53,606 bases of DNA, taken from assembly GCA_002327905.1 (NCBI GenBank), contig DCUY01000084.1, positions 1,512 to 55,117 on the forward strand, written 5' to 3'. Below, piece after piece: positions 1 to 11,581 of the stretch (position 1 is its first letter; every line of letters begins with the position of its first letter). The translations under genes and the position numbers were made by a program. Below the pieces are notes generated by a model. It did no database searches. It had not been told where the DNA came from and saw only the letters and a list, made by a program, of their open reading frames with translations. Source of the stretch: a candidate division WOR-3 bacterium UBA2202. Its GTDB lineage: Bacteria > Hydrothermota > 32-111.

Positions 1-237
1 GGAATGACAGACTTTGTGAGCTGGTAAGCTGGTAGAGGCGAAGACGCCACCGTGAGCCAGAGTGCTTTGCACACCGTGCGCCTTGGGCTATGAGCCGTGA
101 GCAAGAACAAAAGAGTGTGCTGGTGAGCTCGTAAGTTGGTACGCTTGTAAAATGCAAAATAAAAGATTGAATAGAAGCATAGAGATTGCTTCTTCGAGGA
201 CTCATCGCAATGACAGACAAACAGAGTGGGCTGGTAA
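1..237. repeat. Cluster of short tandem repeats (octamer GTRAGCTG-like; heptamer GCCGTGA-like)
   Basis: GTGAGCTG-GTAAGCTG-GTAG at 16-35; GTGTGCTG-GTGAGCTC-GTAAGTTG-GTACGCTT-GTAA at 115-150; GTGGGCTG-GTAA at 226-237; CCGTGC-GCCTTGG-GCTATGA-GCCGTGA at 74-100. Confidence 0.75.
182..214 (+). repeat. REP-like palindromic element GAGATTGCTTC...CGCAATGAC, copy 1
   Basis: GAGATTGCTTCTTCGAGGACTCATCGCAATGAC; ATTGC/GCAAT inverted arms; second 33-bp copy at 1555-1587. Confidence 0.75.
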
Positions 238-263
238 AGATAATTCTGATACAGATAAGCATG

Positions 264-292
264 TTGATTTTTTGGTTGTTTCGGGATATAAT
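264..292 (+). promoter_or_regulatory. sigma70-type promoter for NUDIX-NYN
   Basis: TTGATT-N17-TATAAT. Confidence 0.65.
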
Positions 293-398
293 TACAAAAA
301 AGGATAGTTTTAAAGACGGAGGAGAATTTGAAAAAAATAGGAGAGAATCCAAAAATTGAAAAACAAACAATGTTATTGAAGATGGGGATTTATAGCTT

Positions 399-863
399 GT
401 GAGGGCGGAGTTTCAGGTTTTAGCTATTCCATTTATCAGAGAAACCAATGGTAGTGCAAAATTTGTGGTATTTAGGAGAAGCGATGATGGATGTTGGCAG
501 TTTATTGCAGGCGGCGGTGAGGACAGTGAAGCACCTTTGGAAGCCACGAAGAGGGAGGCAAAAGAGGAAGCTGGATTGGAATCTGACAGATTTTACGGAC
601 TGAAAACAGTCTCAATGATACCGATTGATGTTTTTAGGGAACATAGAAACAAGAAAAATCTGTATGTTATTCCCGAGCATTGCTTTGCGGTTGAGATTGA
701 ACATGGGAATATAACAATTTCAAAGGAGCATTCGGAATGCAAGATATTGAACTACGAAGAGGCGTTCCGATTGCTGAAATATGACGGAAATAAAACGGCT
801 TTATGGGAACTGAATGAAAAACTTAAATCGGGAAAACTACCAAGTAAAATATATAGTAAATAA
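399..863 (+). CDS. NUDIX hydrolase (NudB/dATP pyrophosphohydrolase-like)
   Basis: Nudix box GGGEDSEAPLEATKREAKEEAGL (GX5EX7REUXEEXGU); WQF-xG before the box; S-x-EH motif. Confidence 0.9.
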   Translation: MRAEFQVLAIPFIRETNGSAKFVVFRRSDDGCWQFIAGGGEDSEAPLEATKREAKEEAGLESDRFYGLKTVSMIPIDVFREHRNKKNLYVIPEHCFAVEIEHGNITISKEHSECKILNYEEAFRLLKYDGNKTALWELNEKLKSGKLPSKIYSK

Positions 864-1329
864 TTATGCTTTTATAGACAGTCAAAATCTTAATTTAGCA
901 ATTAGAGATTTAAATTGGACACTTGATTTCACGAAATTTAGAATATATTTGAAAGACAAGTATCATGTCACTAAGGCATTTTTGTTCATAGGTTATATTC
1001 CCTCGAACCAGACTCTTTATACAAAACTTCAAAATGATGGATATACTTTAGTGTTCAAACACACATTGACTTTGCCAAGCGGAAAACCGAAAGGAAATGT
1101 CGATGCTGAGCTGGTTTTACAGACTATAACGGAGATTGATAATTATGATAAAGCTGTTATTGTATCCGGAGATGGAGATTTTTATTGTCTTGTCGATTAT
1201 CTTATCCGAAAAAATAAAATAGAAAGATTGTTGATTCCGGATAGAGCCAGTTATTCTACATTATTCAAGAAACTTCAGAAACACATTTCATTCGTAAGTG
1301 ATTTAAAAGAAAAATTGGGCTATAAATAA
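814..1329 (+). CDS. NYN domain (LabA/DUF88, PIN-like) ribonuclease
   Basis: AFIDSQNL, KGNVDAEL and IVSGDGDF acidic catalytic motifs intact; overlaps the NUDIX 3' end by 50 nt. Confidence 0.9.
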   Translation: MKNLNRENYQVKYIVNNYAFIDSQNLNLAIRDLNWTLDFTKFRIYLKDKYHVTKAFLFIGYIPSNQTLYTKLQNDGYTLVFKHTLTLPSGKPKGNVDAELVLQTITEIDNYDKAVIVSGDGDFYCLVDYLIRKNKIERLLIPDRASYSTLFKKLQKHISFVSDLKEKLGYK

Positions 1330-1382
1330 TTAAGAGGCATTAACTCGGGACAAAACCCTTCGTCTAGCCTCTAATCGTGATT
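1325..1382 (-). ncRNA. Candidate structured small RNA convergent with NYN
   Basis: Downstream of promoter 1389-1417; predicted AUCACGAUUAGAGGCUAGACGAAGGGUUUUGUCCCGAGUUAAUGCCUCUUAAUUAUUU; stems AGAGGC/GCCUCU, GAC/GUU and GGG/CCC. Confidence 0.5.
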
Positions 1383-1388
1383 AATAAA

Positions 1389-1417
1389 AATATAAATCAA
1401 ATTCTTCTAAAAGTCAA
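1389..1417 (-). promoter_or_regulatory. sigma70-type promoter pointing toward the NYN 3' end
   Basis: Minus strand TTGACT(1417-1412)-N17-TATATT(1394-1389); same CTTGAC -35 as other promoters in the window. Confidence 0.7.
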
Positions 1418-1430
1418 GAGGGATAAAAGG

Positions 1431-1493
1431 CGCTTTGAGCCGTGTGCCGTGGGCAAAAAAGAGTTAATAGTTTATAGTTAATAGTTTATGGTT
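1431..1493. repeat. Composite heptamer repeat element, copy A
   Basis: GCTTTGA-GCCGTGT-GCCGTGG-GCAAAAAA then (AGTTAAT-AGTTTAT)x2-GGTT; last 32 bp identical to 53548-53579. Confidence 0.85.
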
Positions 1494-1554
1494 CAGAGAG
1501 AGAAAGATACCGAAGGCAAGTAAAATCAAAAACAAAATAGTGAATAAAAGTAAG

Positions 1555-1587
1555 GAGATTGCTTCGGCGAGGACGCCTCGCAATGAC
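1555..1587 (+). repeat. REP-like palindromic element, copy 2
   Basis: GAGATTGCTTCGGCGAGGACGCCTCGCAATGAC; a degenerate related element AGATTCTTCAC...CGTTCAAAATGAC follows at 1600-1643. Confidence 0.75.
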
Positions 1588-1673
1588 GACGCGAGTGATA
1601 GATTCTTCACATGAGAACAGTGATAAGAAGCGTTCAAAATGACTACAAAAATATATCAGATCGATTTTTTTTA

Positions 1674-1697
1674 GGAGGGTTTAGAACCCTCCCCTAC
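1674..1697 (-). repeat. GTAG-type REP-like hairpin
   Basis: Minus strand GTAGGGGAGGGTTCTAAACCCTCC: GTAG foot plus 8-bp stem GGAGGGTT/AACCCTCC. Confidence 0.6.
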
Positions 1698-1723
1698 AAA
1701 TAGGGAGTAAAACACAGGTTGCA

Positions 1724-1775
1724 ACCTCCTACCTGTTACCTGTTACTCTCCTACCTGTTACCTGCCACCTCTCCT
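1724..1775. repeat. Heptamer tandem repeat ACCTGTT
   Basis: ACCTCCT-ACCTGTT-ACCTGTT-ACTCTCCT-ACCTGTT-ACCTGCC-ACCTCTCCT. Confidence 0.8.
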
Positions 1776-1784
1776 TTGTCCTTG

Positions 1785-1812
1785 TTGACTTAATTGTATA
1801 TTTTGATAAGAT
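1785..1812 (+). promoter_or_regulatory. sigma70-type promoter (probably leaderless) for the epimerase-pcrA-gat operon
   Basis: TTGACT-N16-TAAGAT; ATG 8 nt downstream; no SD. Confidence 0.55.
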
Positions 1813-1820
1813 AAAAAGAT

Positions 1821-2786
1821 ATGAAAAGCAGAGTTCTTATAACAGGCGGGGCAGGTTTCATAGGAAGCTCCGTTTACGATGCATTTAAAAAATCTTATGA
1901 TGTTTACATAGTAGATAATTTTGTCCCGTTTTATGACATAAGGCAGAAACTCACAAATCTTGAAATAAATTCTTCAATTCTGAAAAAAGACAAGATGCAG
2001 AATATTTTCAACTGCGACATAAGAGATTATTTCACAATGAAAAAAATCCTGACAGAAGTAAAACCCGATGCAATAATTCACTGCGCCGCAATGGCAGGGG
2101 TTCAGCAGTCATTCGAACATCAAAGGGAATATTTTTCAGTCAATGTCGATGGAACATTCAATATATTCTCTCTATCTTCAGACTTGAATATCAAGAAAGT
2201 TCTTTTTTTATCCTCATCATCAGTGTATGGGGATTCAAATAAGATGCCCTTCAAAGAGACATTCTCATTGAACCCGATATCTCCTTACGGAATGACAAAG
2301 GTGCAGGATGAGGAGATGGCTCATTTCTTTTCAAAACAGATGAATCTCAATATTGTGACTCTGCGCCTCTTCACTCTGTACGGACCGAGGCAGAGGCCCG
2401 ATTTGATGCTCCATAAACTATTCTTAAATCATTTGAACCGAAGAGAATCTGTTGTATATAAAAAGACTTCGCGTGATTATACATACATATCGGACGGAGT
2501 GCAGGGCATAAAAAAGGCATTTGAATTTCTTATGGAGAATGATTCTTCAGATGTTTTCAACATTGGGTCGTCAAATCCCGTAAAGACAACAGATGCAGTG
2601 AAGGAGATAAAGAAAATTTATCCGGAATTCAAATACAAAGAAACGGAAAAAAAAAGGGGCGACATGACAAAGACATTTGCGAACATAAGCAAAGCAGAGA
2701 GAGTATTGGGATACAAGCCGGAAATGGATTTCAAAGAAGGATTGAAAAAATTCTCTCTCTGGTTTAACAATTACTATAAGTTATGA
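1821..2786 (+). CDS. NAD-dependent epimerase/dehydratase (UDP-glucuronate 4-epimerase-like extended SDR)
   Basis: TGGAGFIG, HCAAMAGV, SSSSVYG, YGMTK (YxxxK), YGPRQRPD. Confidence 0.9.
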   Translation: MKSRVLITGGAGFIGSSVYDAFKKSYDVYIVDNFVPFYDIRQKLTNLEINSSILKKDKMQNIFNCDIRDYFTMKKILTEVKPDAIIHCAAMAGVQQSFEHQREYFSVNVDGTFNIFSLSSDLNIKKVLFLSSSSVYGDSNKMPFKETFSLNPISPYGMTKVQDEEMAHFFSKQMNLNIVTLRLFTLYGPRQRPDLMLHKLFLNHLNRRESVVYKKTSRDYTYISDGVQGIKKAFEFLMENDSSDVFNIGSSNPVKTTDAVKEIKKIYPEFKYKETEKKRGDMTKTFANISKAERVLGYKPEMDFKEGLKKFSLWFNNYYKL

Positions 2787-4972
2787 ATGCAGATTTGAAC
2801 ATACTCTCCAATCTCAATGACAAACAGAATGAGGCAGTGCTTTATTTTGATTCTCCGCTTCTTGTTCTTGCAGGAGCGGGTTCAGGCAAGACAAGAGTTC
2901 TAACTCATAAAATCGCATACATAATAAAAGAGCTGAGGGTCTCCCCGTATAATATTTTTGCAGTCACATTCACAAACAAAGCGGCTGATGAGATGAAGCA
3001 GAGGGTGGAGCTTTTGACATCCATACCGATAAGGGGAATGTGGGTGGGGACTTTCCATTCCATGTGCGTCAGAATAATAAAACAGCACAGGCGCGAAACA
3101 TCCAAGAATCAGGATTTTTCCATATATGATGCTGATGATTCCAAGCATCTTGTAAAAAAGATAATCGAGGAGAATCAGCTTGAAAAACTTATTGACGCCA
3201 AGTCAGCGTGCAAATCAATAAGCAAAATGAAGAATGCAATGATTATGCCTGAGGATTTTGCAAAAAAAGTCTCAAGCCCGGACGAATCAAACATAGCTCT
3301 GGTTTACAGAAAGTATCAAGAGATTCTCTACAGGAACAATGCTTTTGATTTTGACGACCTTCTTCTTGAAACAGTGGGCATATTAAAACGGGACCCTGCT
3401 TTCAGGGAGAAGCTTCAGACAATATTCAAGTACATACTTGTGGATGAGTATCAGGATACAAATTATGTTCAGTATGTGATGCTCAAGCTTTTATATGCGG
3501 AGAAGAATCATATCACTGTTGTGGGAGACGATGACCAGTCGATTTACGGATTCAGGGGAGCAGAGGTGGGCAACATACTCAGGTTCGACTCTGACTTCAA
3601 AAAGACTCACATTGTCAAGCTCGAGCAGAATTACCGCTCGACAAAGATAATCCTTGATGCGGCGAACAAAATAATTTCGAATAACATAAATAGGAGGGAT
3701 AAGAACCTCTGGTGCGAAGAAAAGAGCGGAGATAAAGTCAAGGTTGTCTTCACTGAGGATGAGAGAAGAGAGGCGCAGTTCATAGTTGATGAAATAGAGA
3801 AAAAGAGAAGAGCGGATAATCTCTCCCTGAATGATTTTGCAGTTCTTTACAGGACGAATGCCCAGTCAAGGCCTTTTGAAGAGCAGTTCAGAAGGCACAA
3901 TATCAGATATACTGTTGTGGGAGCCATCAAGTTTTTTGAGAGAAAGGAGATAAAAGACCTTCTTGCATATTTATCAGTCATTGTCAATCCGGCTGATTCT
4001 ATTTCATTCAATAGAGTCATAAATACGCCGCGAAGAGGGCTCGGGGACAAAGCTGTAATTGAGATTGAAAAATATTCCAAAGAGAAAAATATTACAATGA
4101 TTGAATCTGCCTTGAGGCACGAAGAGTATAAGGATAATATTTCAAAACAGGCAATGAAAGGAATAAATGATTTCAATAATCTGATGGAGGAGCTTAAAAA
4201 GACAAAGGATGATGTTTATGAGACCATTGAGAAGATTCTCCAATTAACCGATTATCAGTCGATCTTCAGTTCCCTTGATGAAATAGAGAAAATATCAAAA
4301 CTTGAGAATATTCAGGAGCTTGTGAATTCAGTGAAGGAATTCTCCGAGAAGAATGAAGATATGGGTGTTGCGGATTATCTCGACATGATTTCTCTTTATA
4401 CTGACATTGACGATACATCAGATGATGACGATTCGGTTTTGATAATGACAGTGCATAATGCGAAGGGTCTTGAGTTTTCCACTGTCTTCATAGCAGGCCT
4501 TGAAGAGGGAGTTTTCCCGCACTTTAATTCGTTTGACACATTAAACGGAATTGAAGAGGAGAGGCGGCTGATGTATGTGGCAATGACAAGGGCAAAAAAG
4601 AATCTTTACATTACTTCTGCGGCATCAAGAAGAAGATACGGCACAGGAGCAATGACTGTCACATCAAGATTTCTAAGGGAGCTTGATGGAGATGAAATAG
4701 ATATGAAGAAGGAGAGAGAGCCGATTTTCCGCAGAGCAATCGATTCAGAGCGCGAAAATTATGAAAAGGTTCAGGAGAGGCGGGAAGATTATAAAGAGAA
4801 GAAAATTCATTCAGAATTGGGTGTCGGAGACAAAGTGCATCATCCGTTCTACGGGAACGGAGTGATAAAAGGAGTAAAGGGCTCCGGCGAGGATGTGATA
4901 GCGACAGTGACATTCTTAAACGGAGAGACAAAAAAAATATTTCTGCAATTCGCAAACATGAAAAGGATTTGA
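2783..4972 (+). CDS. pcrA: ATP-dependent DNA helicase PcrA/UvrD
   Basis: AGAGSGKT, TFTNKAA, VDEYQD, VGDDDQSIYGFRG, LEQNYRS, KGLEF, EEERRLMYVAMTRA; C-terminal Tudor-like domain. Confidence 0.97.
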   Translation: MNADLNILSNLNDKQNEAVLYFDSPLLVLAGAGSGKTRVLTHKIAYIIKELRVSPYNIFAVTFTNKAADEMKQRVELLTSIPIRGMWVGTFHSMCVRIIKQHRRETSKNQDFSIYDADDSKHLVKKIIEENQLEKLIDAKSACKSISKMKNAMIMPEDFAKKVSSPDESNIALVYRKYQEILYRNNAFDFDDLLLETVGILKRDPAFREKLQTIFKYILVDEYQDTNYVQYVMLKLLYAEKNHITVVGDDDQSIYGFRGAEVGNILRFDSDFKKTHIVKLEQNYRSTKIILDAANKIISNNINRRDKNLWCEEKSGDKVKVVFTEDERREAQFIVDEIEKKRRADNLSLNDFAVLYRTNAQSRPFEEQFRRHNIRYTVVGAIKFFERKEIKDLLAYLSVIVNPADSISFNRVINTPRRGLGDKAVIEIEKYSKEKNITMIESALRHEEYKDNISKQAMKGINDFNNLMEELKKTKDDVYETIEKILQLTDYQSIFSSLDEIEKISKLENIQELVNSVKEFSEKNEDMGVADYLDMISLYTDIDDTSDDDDSVLIMTVHNAKGLEFSTVFIAGLEEGVFPHFNSFDTLNGIEEERRLMYVAMTRAKKNLYITSAASRRRYGTGAMTVTSRFLRELDGDEIDMKKEREPIFRRAIDSERENYEKVQERREDYKEKKIHSELGVGDKVHHPFYGNGVIKGVKGSGEDVIATVTFLNGETKKIFLQFANMKRI

Positions 4973-4973
4973 A

Positions 4974-5267
4974 ATGGAAAAAGACAAAATACTTCTTTTG
5001 GCAAAGACCGCATTCATTGAACTGACAGATGAGCAGGCGGAAAAATTTCTGATAGAACTTGAAGAGATTGTCGGAAACATTAAAACGACTCTTGATTCGG
5101 TGAATCTGAAAGATGTTCATGACGGAGATTATTACAAAAAGAGACTCACGCTTCTTATTGGGGATTCGCCTGAGAGGAGTTTTGACAGAGAATCAATGAT
5201 GATGAATTCAAAGAGGCAGAAGGACGGGTATATACTTGTGCCAAAACTCATAAAGGAGGATAAGTGA
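4974..5267 (+). CDS. gatC: Asp/Glu-tRNA amidotransferase subunit C
   Basis: 97 aa, C-terminal DGYILVPK, directly upstream of gatA. Confidence 0.8.
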   Translation: MEKDKILLLAKTAFIELTDEQAEKFLIELEEIVGNIKTTLDSVNLKDVHDGDYYKKRLTLLIGDSPERSFDRESMMMNSKRQKDGYILVPKLIKEDK

Positions 5268-6641
5268 GAGTCTCCGACATTATATCTAAATACAGAGCAA
5301 AAGAGGAGACGCCTATAACACTCCTTGACGGAATCTACGAAAAGATTGAGAAAGATGATTTGAATGACTACATTTCACTCACTAAGAATATTGCCTATGA
5401 AGAGGCATACCATTCGAAGATAAGACATGAAAAAGGAATGCCCCTCTCTGATATTGACGGAGTCTTCTTTTCAATTAAAGACAATATAGCTGTTGAAAAT
5501 ATAAGAATGACATGCGGTTCAAAAATACTCTCCGATTTCATTTCACCGTACAGCGCAACTGTTGTAGAAAGAATACGCGCCAAGGGCGGAATAATAGTGG
5601 GAAAGACGAATATGGACGAGTTTGCAATGGGCTCTTCAAATGAATCATCCTATTTCGGGCCTGTAAAGAATCCTGTTGACACTTCATTTGTTCCGGGAGG
5701 TTCAAGCGGAGGAAGCGCCGCATCAGTCGCGGCAAGCCACGCATGCATTTCAATAGGGTCAGATACCGGAGGCTCTGTAAGGCAGCCGTCCTCATTCTGC
5801 GGAGTCGTAGGATTCAAGCCTACATACGGAGAGGTGTCACGATACGGCCTTACGGCATTCTCATCCTCACTCGACACAATGGGGATAATATCTGAAACTG
5901 TCAGAGATTCAAAGAGAGTCTTTGACATAATTCGCGGAGAAGACGCGCATGATTCTACATTATCGTCAAAAAAGGCAGGTAAGAGAGATTATAAAAGAGT
6001 GGGTTATCTTGATGCAATACCTCAGGCAGATAAACCGGTAGAAGAGATATACGGAAAAAGAATTGAGGATTTGAAGAAGGACTTTGAGCTCGTAAAGATA
6101 AAAATGGATTTTATAGATATTTCAATATCCACATATCAAATTCAGACAATGTGCGAAACATCATCCAATCTTGCGAGATTTGACGGGATAAAATACGGAC
6201 TTCAGTCAAAGTCGGGAAAAAATTTGAGAGAGATATACTCTGCTGTCAGGGGAGATGGATTCGGAAGCGAAGTTAAGAGGAGGATTCTCATAGGCACATA
6301 TTTTCTGACGCATAATGAAGGAGAGTATTATAGCCTCTCATTCAGATTGAGAGATTATATAGCAAATGAGATAGATAAAATTTTTGAAAACATAGATGCG
6401 ATAGTGATTCCTACATCCCTGACTCTTCCGTTCAAATTCAATGAAAAGACATCAAGCCCTCTGCAGATGCACTTGTCAGACTCGCTGACTGCGTTTTCAA
6501 ATCTTGCAAATGTGCCTGCAATAAGCATTAACGGCGGATACTCAAATAATCTTCCGTGCGGAATTCAGCTTGTGGGGAAAAGATTTGATGATGACTCTCT
6601 TCTTGAATTTGCGGAAAGAGCAGAAACAATATGGAGAGAGA

Positions 6642-6649
<8 letters not shown>
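5264..6649 (+). CDS. gatA: Asp/Glu-tRNA amidotransferase subunit A
   Basis: IKDNI, GKTNMDEFAMGS, PGGSSGGS, GSDTGGSVRQP, SSNLARFDG, EVKRRILIG. Confidence 0.97.
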
Positions 6650-9630
<2,981 letters not shown>

Positions 9631-9631
9631 T

Positions 9632-10945
9632 ATGTCAAAAGCATGGATACTTTCAGTTGATATGGGATACGGCCACCAGAGAGCCGCATATCCTCTAACG
9701 GAGCTGAACAGCGAAGGCGTGCTTACGGCGAACAATGACTATATAGAATCCGACAAGGAGAGAATTCTCTGGAGAATAACCCAGTCCGGATACGAGACAA
9801 TATCAAGAATGAAATCAATACCTCTGATAGGAAATTCAATATTCGGAATGTATGACAAGCTTCAGGATATTGCTCCATTCTATCCATTCAATGTGGATGA
9901 GAAGCCGAACGGCAATGTGCAGTCTGCAAAGAATTTAATAAGAATGGGTCTATGCAGAGGAATACTTAATCATGTGGCATCAGAGGATATTCCGATAATA
10001 ACAACTCATTTCATGCCTACCCTTGCGGCTGATTACAATGGCTTTAAGAGAATCTATTCCGTAATAACTGACACTGACATAAACAGAGTGTGGGTGAGTT
10101 CCGATCCGAAAAAATCAAATATAACATTTTTGTCTCCGTGCAGACATGCGACAATGCGCCTTTTGAAGTACGGAGTTCCGCCTGAAAATATTTACATTAC
10201 AGGATTTCCTCTCCCTAAGGAGAATATCGGAGGCCTCGACCAGAAAATTTTGAAGAGAGACCTTGCCGCAAGAATCAAAAAATTGGACCCGATGGGCAAA
10301 TTTCTGAAAGTATATAAAAAAGTGCTTGAGGAGAATCTCGGAGAGATACCGGAAAAAGTTGACAGGCCTCTCACAATATGCTTCATGGTCGGCGGAGCAG
10401 GAGCCCAGTCGGATATAGGAATAAATGTCGTGAAATCCCTTAAAAACAGAATAATGAATGGTGAAGTCAGAGTGAATCTTGTCGCCGGTATAAGAGAGAA
10501 TGTGAAAGATTACTTTAAGAAGGAGTTAAAGAAGATAGGACTTGATTCAAACTGCCTCGGATGCCTGAATATAATTTATGCAAAGACAAAGATGGAATAT
10601 TTCAAGATGTTCAATCAGGAGCTTCATAATACTGACATACTCTGGACAAAACCGTCGGAACTCTCATTCTATACAGCTTTGGGAATACCTATAATCATCG
10701 CTCCTCCTGTGGGGGCGCATGAGCATTTCAATGACAATTGGCTCCGCCACATTGCATCCGGTTTTGCACAGGATAATCCTATATACACTGAAGAGTGGCT
10801 CTACTATGTCTTAGAGAGCGGAAGATACGCTCAGGCGGCATGGGACGGATTCATGAGAGCGCCTACAATGGGAACATACAGGATTGAATCAATAATTTCA
10901 GGCGAGTTGAAGAAAGCAAAGGAAGGAATAACTGATGCGAGGTAA
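9632..10945 (+). CDS. GT-B glycosyltransferase-like protein (MGDG synthase/MurG-like)
   Basis: DMGYGHQRAA, ITTHFMP, VITD, ITGFP, GGAG, LWTKPSE, GAHE motifs. Confidence 0.65.
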   Translation: MSKAWILSVDMGYGHQRAAYPLTELNSEGVLTANNDYIESDKERILWRITQSGYETISRMKSIPLIGNSIFGMYDKLQDIAPFYPFNVDEKPNGNVQSAKNLIRMGLCRGILNHVASEDIPIITTHFMPTLAADYNGFKRIYSVITDTDINRVWVSSDPKKSNITFLSPCRHATMRLLKYGVPPENIYITGFPLPKENIGGLDQKILKRDLAARIKKLDPMGKFLKVYKKVLEENLGEIPEKVDRPLTICFMVGGAGAQSDIGINVVKSLKNRIMNGEVRVNLVAGIRENVKDYFKKELKKIGLDSNCLGCLNIIYAKTKMEYFKMFNQELHNTDILWTKPSELSFYTALGIPIIIAPPVGAHEHFNDNWLRHIASGFAQDNPIYTEEWLYYVLESGRYAQAAWDGFMRAPTMGTYRIESIISGELKKAKEGITDAR

Positions 10946-11581
10946 ATGTTGACTAATTGCCAAAAGTTTACTATAATACACTTCCCCGGGCGAATAGCTC
11001 AGCTGGTGAAAGCGCCTGCCTTACACGCAGGAGACCACAGGTTCGAATCCTGTTTCGCCCATTTCTTTAATCCCCAAATTTTTCTTCTAATTGTTTTTGT
11101 TTTATCCTCATGTTTTCTGCATGCCGATATTATAACAGTATCTGCGGAGGGAGGCATACCGCTCGGCGACTGGTCTTACGAACTCAACACGGCAAACGGA
11201 CTGAATGTTTTTTATTCAAGGAGTATATTAAGCAGACTCTCTGCTGAGGCGGGAATAGAGGCATCGTCATTTCGAACTGTAGCCGACCTGTATCATCTGA
11301 ATATACTCCGCATACCTGCGGGAATAAGTTACGGATTTTTCAAAAACAATAATTGGTCTGCATCTTTTTCCGGCAATGTCGGGATTTCTTTCTTGGAGAG
11401 AATCTATGAAGATGCTTCAGAGACCGGTTTCAATGAATTCTATTCATTATCATTGGGTCTAACTTACGGATTTTCCGAGGAGAATCAGTTGTCAGTCTAT
11501 ACAAAATACCTTCAGGAGAGGTTTGTCAATGGCAAAAGCTATATCGGCATCGGTCTTGCTTTCGGTTTTATTATTTTTTAG
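10946..11581 (+). CDS. Outer-membrane beta-barrel-like protein; start uncertain, frame runs through tRNA-Val
   Basis: Signal-peptide core IFLLIVFVLSSCFLHA just after the tRNA; alternating beta strands; aromatic C-terminus YIGIGLAFGFIIF. Confidence 0.6.
   Translation: MLTNCQKFTIIHFPGRIAQLVKAPALHAGDHRFESCFAHFFNPQIFLLIVFVLSSCFLHADIITVSAEGGIPLGDWSYELNTANGLNVFYSRSILSRLSAEAGIEASSFRTVADLYHLNILRIPAGISYGFFKNNNWSASFSGNVGISFLERIYEDASETGFNEFYSLSLGLTYGFSEENQLSVYTKYLQERFVNGKSYIGIGLAFGFIIF
10949..10977 (+). promoter_or_regulatory. sigma70 promoter for tRNA-Val
   Basis: TTGACT-N17-TATAAT. Confidence 0.8.
10988..11061 (+). tRNA. tRNA-Val(TAC), CCA not encoded
   Basis: Acceptor GGGCGAA/TTCGCCC plus A; anticodon arm CCTGC-CTTACAC-GCAGG; T arm ACAGG-TTCGAAT-CCTGT. 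Confidence 0.97.

Noticed and set aside
1-1775. CRISPR array
   Set aside because: Units are 7-8 bp tandem repeats or isolated palindromes; no constant repeat with unique spacers and no cas genes
6570-6641. gatB N-terminal extension from the ORF track (similarly 20981-21022 and 39950-39985)
   Set aside because: Downstream ATGs fit family N-termini, SD sites or stop/start overlaps better
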